DNA from: Eledone cirrhosa
Lineage: Eukaryota
NCBI GenBank assembly: GCA_964016885.1
Contig: OZ024744.1
Location: 49,476,001 to 49,540,000 of the forward strand
Reading direction: 5' to 3'
DNA: 64,000 nt
In this document: in pieces, positions 37,491 to 48,734 of the stretch
How the letters are laid out: each line of letters begins with the position of its first letter
How positions within the stretch are numbered: position 1 is the first letter of the stretch
Position numbers and translations under genes: made by a program
The notes under the pieces: model-generated
Seen by the model: only the letters and a program-made list of their open reading frames with translations
Told to the model about the DNA's origin: nothing
The model's database searches: none

Positions 37491-37934
37491 TATATATATA
37501 TATATATACAAACACATATATAATATAATGGAAATGACACAAGAATCATATCTACAAAAACATTTATGAATTAATTAGAGCTCTAACCCCTTGAGACGAA
37601 GAGATTATACACTTTTTCCCTCTCAAGAGAACACACAATTTGGAGCTGCAAGTCATGTGTCATGTTTGTGTGCTTTATAATAAAAACTTATTAAATTTCA
37701 ATCATATATATATGTGCATATATATATATGCATTCATAAATGCATATGCATATACATACATGTACATTTATACATATACATATATACATATATATTTATA
37801 TATTTTTGTAACTCTGGAAGATGTATTTTTTGTAACCACGTGTTTACCCACAAACTTGTAAGTACATATTTTAACTGCTTTAATATCCTCTTCTTCTACA
37901 CCCACATATTCCTGAGAAGGCTGAAGAGGCAGAG

Positions 37935-38915
37935 TCCTTAGTTACTCCTTTCAACAGATCCTGTCAGCAGCAATCATCTCCCCAGTCAAGACCAGCCAAG
38001 CTCATGGATGTTATTCAATCATTTTACTCGTGATCTCCCAATGGGTCTCCTACCACTTGGTTTTGCCCATAAAATCTGTGCAGCGATTCTTTCCTGGGAC
38101 ATTCTAACCACATGCCCATAGTATTGGAGCTGCGATCTCTCAATTCAAAGAAGTACCAGCTCTATCTGGAGTGAATCTCTGATCTCCGAGCTATGCACTC
38201 TGTTGTGAAATGTTACTTCAAAGACCCTTCAGAGGAACCCCATTTTGGCTCATTGTATTCACAATTGTATTCTTTTGGTCATTCCCAAAATTTCATTACC
38301 ATAGGTAAGGGTTGGCATGAATATCAAAATGAAGATAGTGAGTTTGGCTTTTACACCTATCTCCCTTCTTTTGATTACCAAATGTTGAAGCTAATGTATT
38401 ACTGCACTAGCTCCTGCAACTCTTGCACTTAATTTAGTCTCCTGCCTTCCATCACTCGTGAACACAGCCTCAAGATACTTGAGCTTCTCCACCTGCTTTA
38501 GTGGAACTCCATTCACACGTAGCGTGCACTGTACAGGCTCCTTTAAGAGGACAAGTATCTCAGTTTTCGCAGCACTGATTTTTATTCCAGTCATCCAGCA
38601 CTCGGCATCAAACCTATCAAGTGTATGTCAGAGACCACCTTCTGTTGAGTTGAGTAACACCATGTCGTCTGCAAATTCCAACCAACTGATTTTACAACTG
38701 TAGGTCATGATACCACTTCCAACACGGTTGCGCATGTCAATCCTGTTCGTGAAAATAGTGAACAGGAGAGATGTCAGTATGCACCCTTGATGAAGTTCAT
38801 CTCCTACACTGAATGGTTTCAATTTAGCACCATTTATCTGAACTTAAATACTCGGACATTCATATAGAGACATCAGGGCAACAAGAAACTGACAATCAAT
38901 CCCATTCTCCTGTTC
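37935..38915 (-). mobile_element. Rex3/Expander-like RTE fragment (no PHD)
   Basis: LHQGCILTSLLF, LEFADDMVL, KISAAKTEILVL..KQVEKLKYLEAVFTSDGR..RVAGASAV. Confidence 0.75.
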
Positions 38916-39449
38916 AAAAAATATATTGCAGCCTCCCAAGACAGGTTGCAGGCCCATCGCCAGTTTTTGCAGCATGAAATGGAGGCTGCAATATATTTTC
39001 CAAACAGGAGAATGGGATTGATGGTCAGCTTCTTGTTGCCCTGATGTCTCTATATGAATGTTCGAGTATTTGTGTTTGGATAAATGGTGCTAAAAAAGCA
39101 AAAAATAAAAATAATTGAATATCCTCAAATAACCAAATAACCAGTACCTCACGCACATAACAGAAAATATATAAAAGAAAGAAACCAAAGTGACAAATCA
39201 ACACATTTACAACAAACAAAATTGATCTGAGAATGAAATCGACCTACACATAAATGTATGGTTTTTGTCTCTCCCAAACTGAAAATATAGACGTTTCATG
39301 TCAGAATCATATTGCTGATAAAACAGCCCAAATATTCAACATGTGGTCTGTAAAGCAGATACAAAGAAAACAAAGATATCAAGGTCTCATTCAAATTAAC
39401 TCAGAATAAGCTTGAAAAACTTTGCCTTATATTTTCTGCAAATACAGTG

Positions 39450-41441
39450 CTTTAAGAATGCCTCAACAGCATTAAGTATTTTATACAATAGTACCATTCT
39501 GGTAACTTTCTAATGATGAGAAACTTCAATCTACCCTCTGGTTGGTCTACAAACTGACAAAGTGGTTGAGTTTTTCCTGTCCCAACTTCTTGCACCAATA
39601 AGATATCAGGAAAACATTTTAGACCTAGTGTTTTGTAACCACACTAACACTAGACATAATATTACAGTGAAAAAAAAACTTTCTTTCAGACCATGACATG
39701 GTTCTCTGTAACCCGAGATTTCTCTTGCCAAAAGCTAAACCCAATGACCTCTCTCGAGCTCACCTATTTGATAACATGGATCCATATAATGCCAAATGGA
39801 ATGCAATCACTAATGATCTATCAAATGTTGACTGGTCTTTCACACACAAACGTCTCCACCAATATCAAAACATCCTGCTACAAACATATGTGCAAAACAT
39901 ACCCCATCAGGATCTGTGAACAAAACTAAAAACTATTATAAAAAAAAAAAAAAAAAAATTAAAGTACTGCCAGCAGCAATACACACATTCAACTGCTATC
40001 ACACTGCTCGGATAGAAAAAATGTAATCTCCAACAATGCATAAAGACTATCATCAATAATCAAAGAAAGGCTGAGGAGGAATTGGTCATTGAGAAAATCA
40101 AACTCCATCCCAAAGTGTTCTTTTCATTTGCAAAAAAACACAAGGTCACTGTTTCCACTGTTGGCACTCTCTAAGACAATGCTAAAACCATGGGTGAGAT
40201 ACTGCAGAAACAATACTGCTCTGTTTTCAGGAATCCTGATATGACCGATCTGGGCTGTATCAGTGATATTAATCCCCAACACACTATATCGGACATAACA
40301 TTTGGTGCCCTTGATGTCTTAGTGGCAATAAATAAAATTAAACACAATTCAGCAGTAGGCCCTGACAGGTTCAGCAGTAAGCCCTGAAGGTGTGTTGAGA
40401 CCAATTTGCATCTTCTCTTGCTAATCTGTGGAGGAACTCACTGGATACTGGCTATATTCCTGAAAATGTTCTATCCCAGTCTGTTGTCCCAGTTTTTGAA
40501 AAGGGATACAAGTCCCTTACAGTGAACTACCACCTGCTCTTACTCACCTTTCATATCATTAAGGTATTTGAGAGCATAGTGAGAAAGTCATCAATGGCAT
40601 AGGAGACCGAACATGCCTTCAGTCAGACCTACTGGCTGTTATCCAATGAGTAGAAAACAACACTTTCCTGCTGAAAAAGGATGAAATTGAGTTAAACCAC
40701 TTTGGAAAAGAGGATGCACTGAAACTCTCATACTCGCTTCCCTTGAATGAAACTCTCATGGCATCCAGCAATATCAGAGACTCGGGAGTAATTGTGGACA
40801 ACAACATAAGCTGGGCAACTCATATAAACAACAAGTTGACATGGCCTGCAGGATGTGTTTCTTGATTCTCAGAACCTTCTCCACTTTTGCCCAGCCCTAT
40901 CTTGTACTTGTCCACTGTGGTCTCCCCACATGAAACAAACTATTATGAAAGTTGAAGTACCTCAAAGATCAATTACAAAAAAGATAGATGGCATGGCAGG
41001 CTTGACTATTGGGGTTGACTGTAAGCACTATATTATCTGCATGATGTGGAAAATATTCCATCAACATTGCCCAAATGATGTTGGCATCATATTTGAAATA
41101 TACCTAAGGCTTGGGCCCCATGCTATCCACACACAGCAAAAATCAAACTTGCACCTCATAACAATATTATGGCACAATTATTTCACCTCAACTGGTCCTG
41201 CGCCCTTTAACATTACACCAAAACACATAAAAACAGAAATTCATAACATCTTTGGAAAAGTTCCTCCAAGAAATCCTGGACAAACCTCCTACACCTAGAT
41301 ATATCTCCATAAACAATAACTCTCTACTTGAGTGGGCCATGGTGTCCAAATTCTGATTTGAAAGACTTCACTAGGTGGTGCTATTAAATTAGTTATGGCC
41401 TGGGCCAATACTGGCCGAAACCTATCAAAGTTATCAAAGTT
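39450..41441 (+). mobile_element. CR1-group LINE, internally deleted
   Basis: Homologous to 48735-51660 (MGEILQKQYCSVF, IRDSGVIVDNNISW, CPLWSPH); tail TATCAAAGTTATCAAAGTT. Confidence 0.8.
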
Positions 41442-41493
41442 CTACAAGTATATAAATACATATATATGTATATACATATGTATACGTATACAT

Positions 41494-41534
<41 letters not shown>

Positions 41535-41711
41535 AGAAGTTCAGTAAAATCGAAGCTCTGGCTGTGGCCAAGCTAATGAATGCAATCCGGAATGTGCAGT
41601 TAAGCACTTGATAAAGCAGTGTCACCTTAGAGTAATAACATACGTTTTGACAGCTTGACAAATTGAAGACTGCGACCAGTGAGCCAGCCACAATGAGAAA
41701 ACCAACTCAGG

Positions 41712-41746
<35 letters not shown>

Positions 41747-43598
41747 ACTCCCGAAGAAGGGCTAAAGCCTGGCACGTGAACTTTGTTTCCTCTTTTCCAT
41801 ATAAAGTGTGAAACTAATAAGACTTTTTGTACTTCTGTTTGTTAATCCTGGAACTATATATATATATTAATTTAAAAGATGATCGACAAGATCACAGAAC
41901 TCATTCGCTTAATGAGTGAGGTGGAGCTCGTCATTGGACTGAGAAATCAATGTTTCCATTGGTCTTTCAACTTGTTAATACTATCTACAAGTCACAAATC
42001 TAGGCAGAAGGACAATGTGAAATAAAGTGACTTGCTCAAGGATATAGTGCATTGACCGGTCTGGGAATCAAACTCACTACCTTATGGTATATATAACTTA
42101 TGTTAGGCTGTTTACCACTGGGTATTACCAGTGGTTCAGGTTGGTAAACGATGATGCAACTCAACGTTATGCAAGTCATCCATCGTAGATGTGGTATCCA
42201 GTGGTTGGTGCAGGAATAGAGTAAAGTATTCATTAAAACAACAGAAGGCTGGACTGGAAAATTTACTTTAGAATTTTAATTCTGTGAAAGCACTATACAT
42301 ATTTCAATGTCCTAGTTCTATCATTCGATTACGATGCAAGACAAGGTGATTTCATCAGGTGTTATTTGCAGAATAACATAGAATGGAAGGTAGGAGATAG
42401 AGAAAAATAAAAGACAGAAAATAGAAAATTCTATCTGGAGACAGCCTGCAAATGTGGTGTTATATTGATAGCAGACAGTCCCTGAAAGACTATGCCAGCT
42501 TTGTGGACTGGTAGGTGTGGCCAAGTGGTGACAGAGATATATTTGTCTTAGAGAATGACATTCCTTAATTATAGCCAGAGCTACACTGTCTCAGAGATCA
42601 AAAGGTATTGTATTGGTCGTCGGTCAGACAAGTCAGTCTACCATGACAGTATTTAAAGGGGAACAGAGCTATGTAAAATTTAGAGATGGAAAAAATGATA
42701 ATAATATTGCCTAAAAAGGAAACACAAACAATTATAAGGTTGTAAGGTTGCATGAATAATGAGAATTATAAGATTATGGAATTTTTAGAAGCAATAAAGT
42801 TTACTAGAACTTACAAACGCTATGTGATAAATTGATGTTAGATATAGGTAGTCATATTTTTCTAATGGTCAGGATTTATGAAAGTACATTACTGGAACAA
42901 TAAGAGGTTGTGAAGCTTTTTTGTGAATATATATGTGCGCTAGTGTTGTGGGCTAGATTTGGTGGGGTTTAGTCTCAACCAGTCTGGTAGTTCAGTATAT
43001 CATTGTGAAGTACAAACTAGATAGGTTACTTGTGACCGAGTATATACTTGGTCACTAGTAACCTATTTAGTTTAACTTCATAGTACTAGAACTCATCTAA
43101 ATTAAAATATTGAAATATAAAAATGTATGCATCTCCCACCCCCTCCATTGTTTAAGGTAAATTAAGTGTTAGCGTAACAACCAGTAACAGATACAACAAA
43201 AACAATAATTCTAACTAAAAATACACACTCGAAACAGCAATAACAATCATAATACCCAGCAGCTGATCTGTGATCTTTTGAGATAATAAAAAAAATAGGT
43301 TCTTTTGTTCACAGATATATAAAATTTGTCAATGTGCAGCCGGGCTATTCTTTTATCAGGCAGTGTTAGTGTCTTTGTGTGGTGTCAATGGCTGGCTCTT
43401 TGCCTGCAATTAAGCCAGCTAAGTTTCTGACCACTTCGACCATACAAAAGGTAAACTCCTCACAGACTCACACATATATACACAAACACCTCAATGAAGC
43501 AAGATGATAAATACATTCTATCTCCCCTTGACAATTCTTTCATCACACTTGTGCAGCCACACACCCACACACACAAACGCTTCCTAAATATGTATACA

Positions 43599-44262
43599 TA
43601 TCATCATCATCATCATCATCAACGTTTAACGTCCGTGTTCCACGCTTGCATGGGTTTGGACGGGGGTTTTCCCACTTGAGGCAAGAGTGATTGTCTTGCT
43701 CGCATAGGACTGTCTGGCAGGTTTTCTACAGTTGGATGCCCTTCCTAACACCAACCACATTTACAGTGTGGGTCTGGGAGGTTTTTACCGTGTTGCCTAC
43801 ACGGCCACATTACAGCATGGACTGTGTGTTTTTTTGTCGTGACACCTACACGATCTCATTTGTTTCGGCCTGGATGGCGTGGCACCAACATAACTTTACA
43901 TAGAAGGGGGCGGTGTGGAATGGAGTGGGGGTGGTGGGACGGGGGTGTATTTTGTTAGAGATGCCTACTGATTGTAGTAGGTTTTACTATGTATTTAGGT
44001 AAGGCGGGTCTTCTCTATTACTGAGTACCGCCAAAGGTCTCAGTCCAGTGACATTGTCTTGGAGAGGTGTAAGTGTGTGAGGTCGGAGTTTATCAGCTCG
44101 TCCCAGGTTTTTCTAGGTCTGCCTATTCCGTGGCTACCGTCTATCTTTATTGCCCTGCACTTTGTTATACAGCTATCGACTTTCATGCGCATCACGTGTC
44201 CATACCAACGTAGCCTTCTCTCGAGTAAACAACATCTGATCCCTCTTATTTCTAATTTTTTC
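43599..44262 (-). mobile_element. RTE subfamily 1 3' fragment
   Basis: KKLEIRGIRCCLLERRLRWYGHV..., 3' UTR and (GAT)n; near-identical to 14599-15265. Confidence 0.9.
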
Positions 44263-44661
44263 ATATTAGGTATTAATTTAACAATGAAAATAACAACAAC
44301 AAAGTCAAGGTATTTTACCTATTAATTTCATTGTTTTATGATCGTTTCGGAGGGTTGATCATATTGACATATTGACTGATCTATAGCAGTTATATAACTG
44401 TATACTATCAGACCTCATATATAGGTTCGATCAGACCGTCTTCTTCGGAAATAATATGATATGATATGAATAGGTAAATAATTTGACTTTGTAGTTATTT
44501 TTGTTGTGAAATTAATACCTAATATCAGACTCTGTATCTAAGGAATAAACTCAGCAGAACACGGAACCTTTCTATGGATTTCACTGGATTACTTGCCATC
44601 AGATTACATTGAGTTCTATCTACGGTACAGACCCTACCACCAAGGGTAGACCACACTGAAA

Positions 44662-44663
<2 letters not shown>
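44263..44663. mobile_element. PLE-like inverted-repeat relic
   Basis: ATATTAGGTATTAATTT..TTTACCTATT (44263-44323) inverts at ~44469-44525; hammerhead-like halves on the minus strand lie between the arms. Confidence 0.5.
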
Positions 44664-44697
<34 letters not shown>

Positions 44698-44727
44698 ACA
44701 TCTCTCTCTATATACATAGATATATAT

Positions 44728-44772
<45 letters not shown>

Positions 44773-44789
44773 TTATATATATATATACA

Positions 44790-45512
44790 CAATGCAGATC
44801 TTGGGTACACAAGAGATGTAGTGGGATAGCAGGCAAACTAACAGGTAGGGAAAAATATATATGCAGTAGATGTACAGGGAAATTTGATAGTAGAAGTGGT
44901 TGATAGCTTCCGGTATCTAGGTGAGCATATTAGCATGGGAGGGGGTGTTCCGAGGCCATAGTATCTAGAATGAGGATGGGTTGGAAAAAGTTTAGGGAGC
45001 TGCTTCTTCTGCTGACAAAGAAGGGTTTCTCCCTGCGTACGAAAGGCCGGTTATATGATGCCTGTGTGAGATGTGCGATGCTGCATGGTAGTGAGACATG
45101 GGCAGCAACTGCAGAGCATATGCGATGGCTGGAGAGAAATGAAGCAAGTATGCTCCGTTGGATGTGCAATGTCAATGTATGTGAACGACCAAGCATGGAT
45201 GAGTTGAGAGAGAAACTCGATATAAGAGGGATAAGTTGTAGTGTACAGGAGAGAAGACATGTGATGTGCATGGGGGATGAGTGCTGGGTAAAGAAGTGCC
45301 AAGAAATGCCAGTAGAAGGAAGACGCAGTAGAGGTAGACCACAAAAAGCATGGGCGGAGGTGATGAGAGCGGACCTCAGATCGCTGAAGCTCACAGAGAA
45401 GATGACGAAGGACCGTGACAAGTGGGGAGATGCTGTGCTGAATAGGACCCATCCCACTCTTGCAAGCAGGGAAAAGCGGACGTAAAATGATGATGATTAT
45501 GATGATGATGAT
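44790..45512 (+). mobile_element. RTE subfamily 3 fragment (ORF runs into the tail)
   Basis: [42 protein letters not shown] directly before (GAT)n. Confidence 0.85.
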
Positions 45513-45930
45513 ATATATATATATATATAATGAAGGAGTTGTGGCAAGGAACCAGATGGACCATAACGCACCAGAGTACTCAATACTCAAAAGTTTTAGA
45601 ATGAATTGATTTTATGTATATATATAAAATCAATTCATTCTAAAACTTTTTTTTAACATCCTATAAACAACATTTACCTTTAGATGAACAGCTTATACCC
45701 TTATGTGGACAAGCCACAACCCCAACGAAATGGCCAGTTGACTGTAAAATTGTTTGTTAACAGTCTGGAACTAGGTGTTGAAATGGCAAGAACTCAGCCG
45801 TCGAACCCTGACTCTTTCTAATATAGTCATACTCCAATATCCCACATATCGAGAACTCGGTTGAATAATGGTCTAACTAGTTTCAAATTAATTCAATCCT
45901 GATATCTGTATATTGTATATATATGTGTAT

Positions 45931-46152
45931 GTAAAAGGTAAACAGAAATAACAACACAATCGGTACAGTATATGGAAGGGATATATTAGGTTAACGCTTG
46001 ATATAGCAGGAAGAGGGTCTTAACGTTTCAGAAGCTAGTCCTTCATCAGAAGAAAGAATGAGAAATAAGATAGATTGAGGGGACAGGCAGGATGGAACTG
46101 GAAAAAAATGTCTTTAGATAAAAATAACAGGTCCATTCATGTTGATATCTCT
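45931..46152 (-). mobile_element. Second copy of the GIY-YIG PLE 3' end
   Basis: Matches 16535-16760, with the same end GTAAAAGGTAAACAG next to TA repeats; hammerhead at 46018-46053 has a damaged stem II. Confidence 0.8.
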
Positions 46153-46236
46153 ATACATACATATATATATATATATATCATCATCATCATCATCATCATC
46201 ATCATCGTTTAACGTCCATCTTCCATGCTAGCATAC

Positions 46237-46267
<31 letters not shown>

Positions 46268-46619
46268 TATATATATATACATACATATATATATACATAT
46301 GATGGCTGTCCCCTTGTTATCGAGTATGGCCATTGCACGATATACATATACCATTATCAATAATTATTAATTAATTCTTTTGTGCAATGCCTGTTCGTGA
46401 AGATTTTTTTAAAGTGAGGAAAGAGAAGTCCTCCTCCACACCTGTTATCAGGAATGCATCTGGGGTTCTCTCTTCAGCCCCACTCCCTAGCTATATAGAC
46501 ATTATATTGACTTCAGCATCAGCACCATATCATTCACCCAAGTGTAGCTTGACTCCTTCCTCTCCTTCTTCTGTTATTTCCACACCTCACCCTTGACTTC
46601 ACTATCTATATTTCTACCA

Positions 46620-47112
46620 CTTCCTAAATTATAACCTAACTACAATTATAGATGATAATACTAAAATTATACATGTTCTGGGTGTAACATTTGAACTTAA
46701 CCCTTTAGCATTTACATTACTCTATATATACTATTGTATTTTCATGATAAAGGCCTTATCTCACATAATATTGAATGCATGAGATTTTGATGTTATTTAT
46801 TTTGAGAACAATAACTTAACGTCTGTATGAGTAGCCGGTTACAGCTGGTTTGAACAGAAAGAGGTGAGAGAATTCTGGCCAGATATGGCCAGGGTAAAAT
46901 GCTAAAGGGTTAACATGAGATTATATAAGCCTTTTTAGAAGCCTGGTGAACAACCTTTCTATGTTAGTAACCTTTCTAATCACCCAACATCCATTATTAA
47001 ATCTATTATCAATAACATATCTAATAGAATTTCTAAACTATGCTCTAATGGTTTGATATTTGACCAGAATACACAATACTATAATAAAGCACTTTATAGA
47101 TCTGATTATAGC
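46620..47112 (+). mobile_element. Penelope-like RT C-terminal fragment
   Basis: LGVTFEL[MITE]..LYKPF..KPGEQPFYVSNLSNHPTSIIKSIINNISNRISKLCSN..YYNKALYRSDY. Confidence 0.7.
46697..46913. mobile_element. piggyBac-type MITE
   Basis: TTAA CCCTTTAGCATTT ... AAATGCTAAAGGG TTAA: 13-bp perfect TIRs, TTAA TSD, 209 bp. Confidence 0.9.
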
Positions 47113-47271
47113 AATAAAATCCAATTTAACCCTAATAATGATAATGGGAGTGATACCTCCAATATTATCACTCACTATAATGCTGTAGAACATAACCCAG
47201 TATTTCTAATAACATGAATCATACCATAAACATAAATAAATGTATTTCAAATTATATATATAAAGAATAAG

Positions 47272-47502
47272 TAATAATAATAAAAATAATGGTTTCTGAT
47301 ATAGGCACAAGGCCAACAATTTGTGGGGAGAGGGGGAAATCGATTAAATCGACACCAGTGCATTACTGATGCTTTATTTTATCGACCATGTAAGGATGAA
47401 AAGCAAAACTAACCTCGGCGGCATTTGAACTCAGAACGCAAAGGGCCGTAACTCTATGCCACTAAGCAGAGTGTTCGACGCTCTACCGATACTGCCAATC
47501 CA
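47272..47502 (-). mobile_element. SINE A, longer variant
   Basis: Family A head and body with an extra ~25 nt before the tail. Confidence 0.8.
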
Positions 47503-47516
47503 CTGCTCTTTGATAA

Positions 47517-47765
47517 TCTATATTATAATAAGAACGCAGTCTGTCTGTCCATCCATCCCCTCCCTCTGTCACACTCATTTTATATAGAGAGGGGGAGTAC
47601 CAAGAAAGAGATATGTACATAGATAGACAGAGAAAAGAGAACACTGTGTTTTCAAGATGACAGAAAGGGGTGGATAGAAAGTTATGACGTCACCCGCATC
47701 TATATAGAGAGAGGAGGAGGGCTAAGCTAAAAAGTTGTACATAGATAAAGAGAGAAAAGACAGAG
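47517..47765 (+). mobile_element. Possible non-autonomous Helitron 5' end
   Basis: A|TCTATATTATAATAAG..(GTCT)n start; no 3' hairpin or CTAG seen. Confidence 0.4.
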
Positions 47766-47886
47766 AATGTGTGTGTATATATATACATATATTTATATAT
47801 ACAAGCTGAAACCACTTGGCATTGCAGTCAGGATTTTACCTATCTCTATTTGTATATACTTATGTACATGTATATATATATATATA

Positions 47887-48197
47887 TCACGATCATCATC
47901 ATAATAATCATAATTTTCAGTCCGCTTTTCCCTGCTTGCAAGGGTGGGATGGGTCCTCTTCAGCACAGCATCTCTCCATTTGACACAGTCCTTCGCCATC
48001 TTCTCTGTGTTCTTCAGCAATCTGTGGTCAGCTCTTACCACCTCTGGCCATGTTTTCTGTGGTCTTCCTCTACTGCGTCTTCCTTCCACTGGGATTACTT
48101 GGCACTTCTTCACCGACTGGTCATCAACCATGCGTATCACATGGCCAATCCAACAATACAGTCTTCTCTCCTGCACACTACAGTTTATTCCTCTTAT
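47887..48197 (-). mobile_element. RTE subfamily 3 3' fragment
   Basis: [23 protein letters not shown]. Confidence 0.85.
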
Positions 48198-48277
48198 AAA
48201 CTATATATATATATATGATGATGATGACCATGATATATATACATATATATAAATACATACATATATACATACATATA

Positions 48278-48652
48278 AGTATGCTCCGTTGGATGTGCAA
48301 TGTCAATGTGCGTGAACAACCAAGCATAGACGAGTTGAGAAAGAAACTGGGTATAAAAGGGATAAGTTGTGGTGTGCTGGAGAGAAGACTGAGATGGTAT
48401 GGACATGTGATGCACATGGAGGATGACCGCTGGGTAAAGAAGTGCCAAGAAATGCCAGTAGAAGGAAGACGCAGTAGAGGTAGACCACGAAAAACATGGG
48501 TGTAGGTGGTGAGAGCAGACCTCAGATCGTTGAAGCTCACTGAGGAGATAACGAAGGACCGGGACAAGTGTAGAGATGCTGTGTTGAATAGGACCCGTCC
48601 AACCCTTGCAAGCAGGGAAAAGCGGACGTAAAATGATGATGATGATGATGAT
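48278..48652 (+). mobile_element. RTE subfamily 3 3' fragment
   Basis: SMLRWMCNVNV..GRPRKTW with (GAT)n tail; head-to-head with the previous copy across a TA tract. Confidence 0.85.
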
Positions 48653-48734
48653 ATATATATATACATATAGATATATATATACATATATATACATATATAT
48701 ACATATATATATATAATATATATATATAATAAAA

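Noticed and set aside
41403-41425. GGCCAATACTGGCC GAAAC as a hammerhead
   Set aside because: No CUGANGA at the right spacing; it is the CR1-group 3' hairpin.
42250-42990. Very decayed LINE on the minus strand (WLRLNPTKS)
   Set aside because: A single motif is too little to delimit or classify it.
46620-47240. Mitochondrial insertion (AT-rich)
   Set aside because: It translates as the Penelope-like RT SNHP region.
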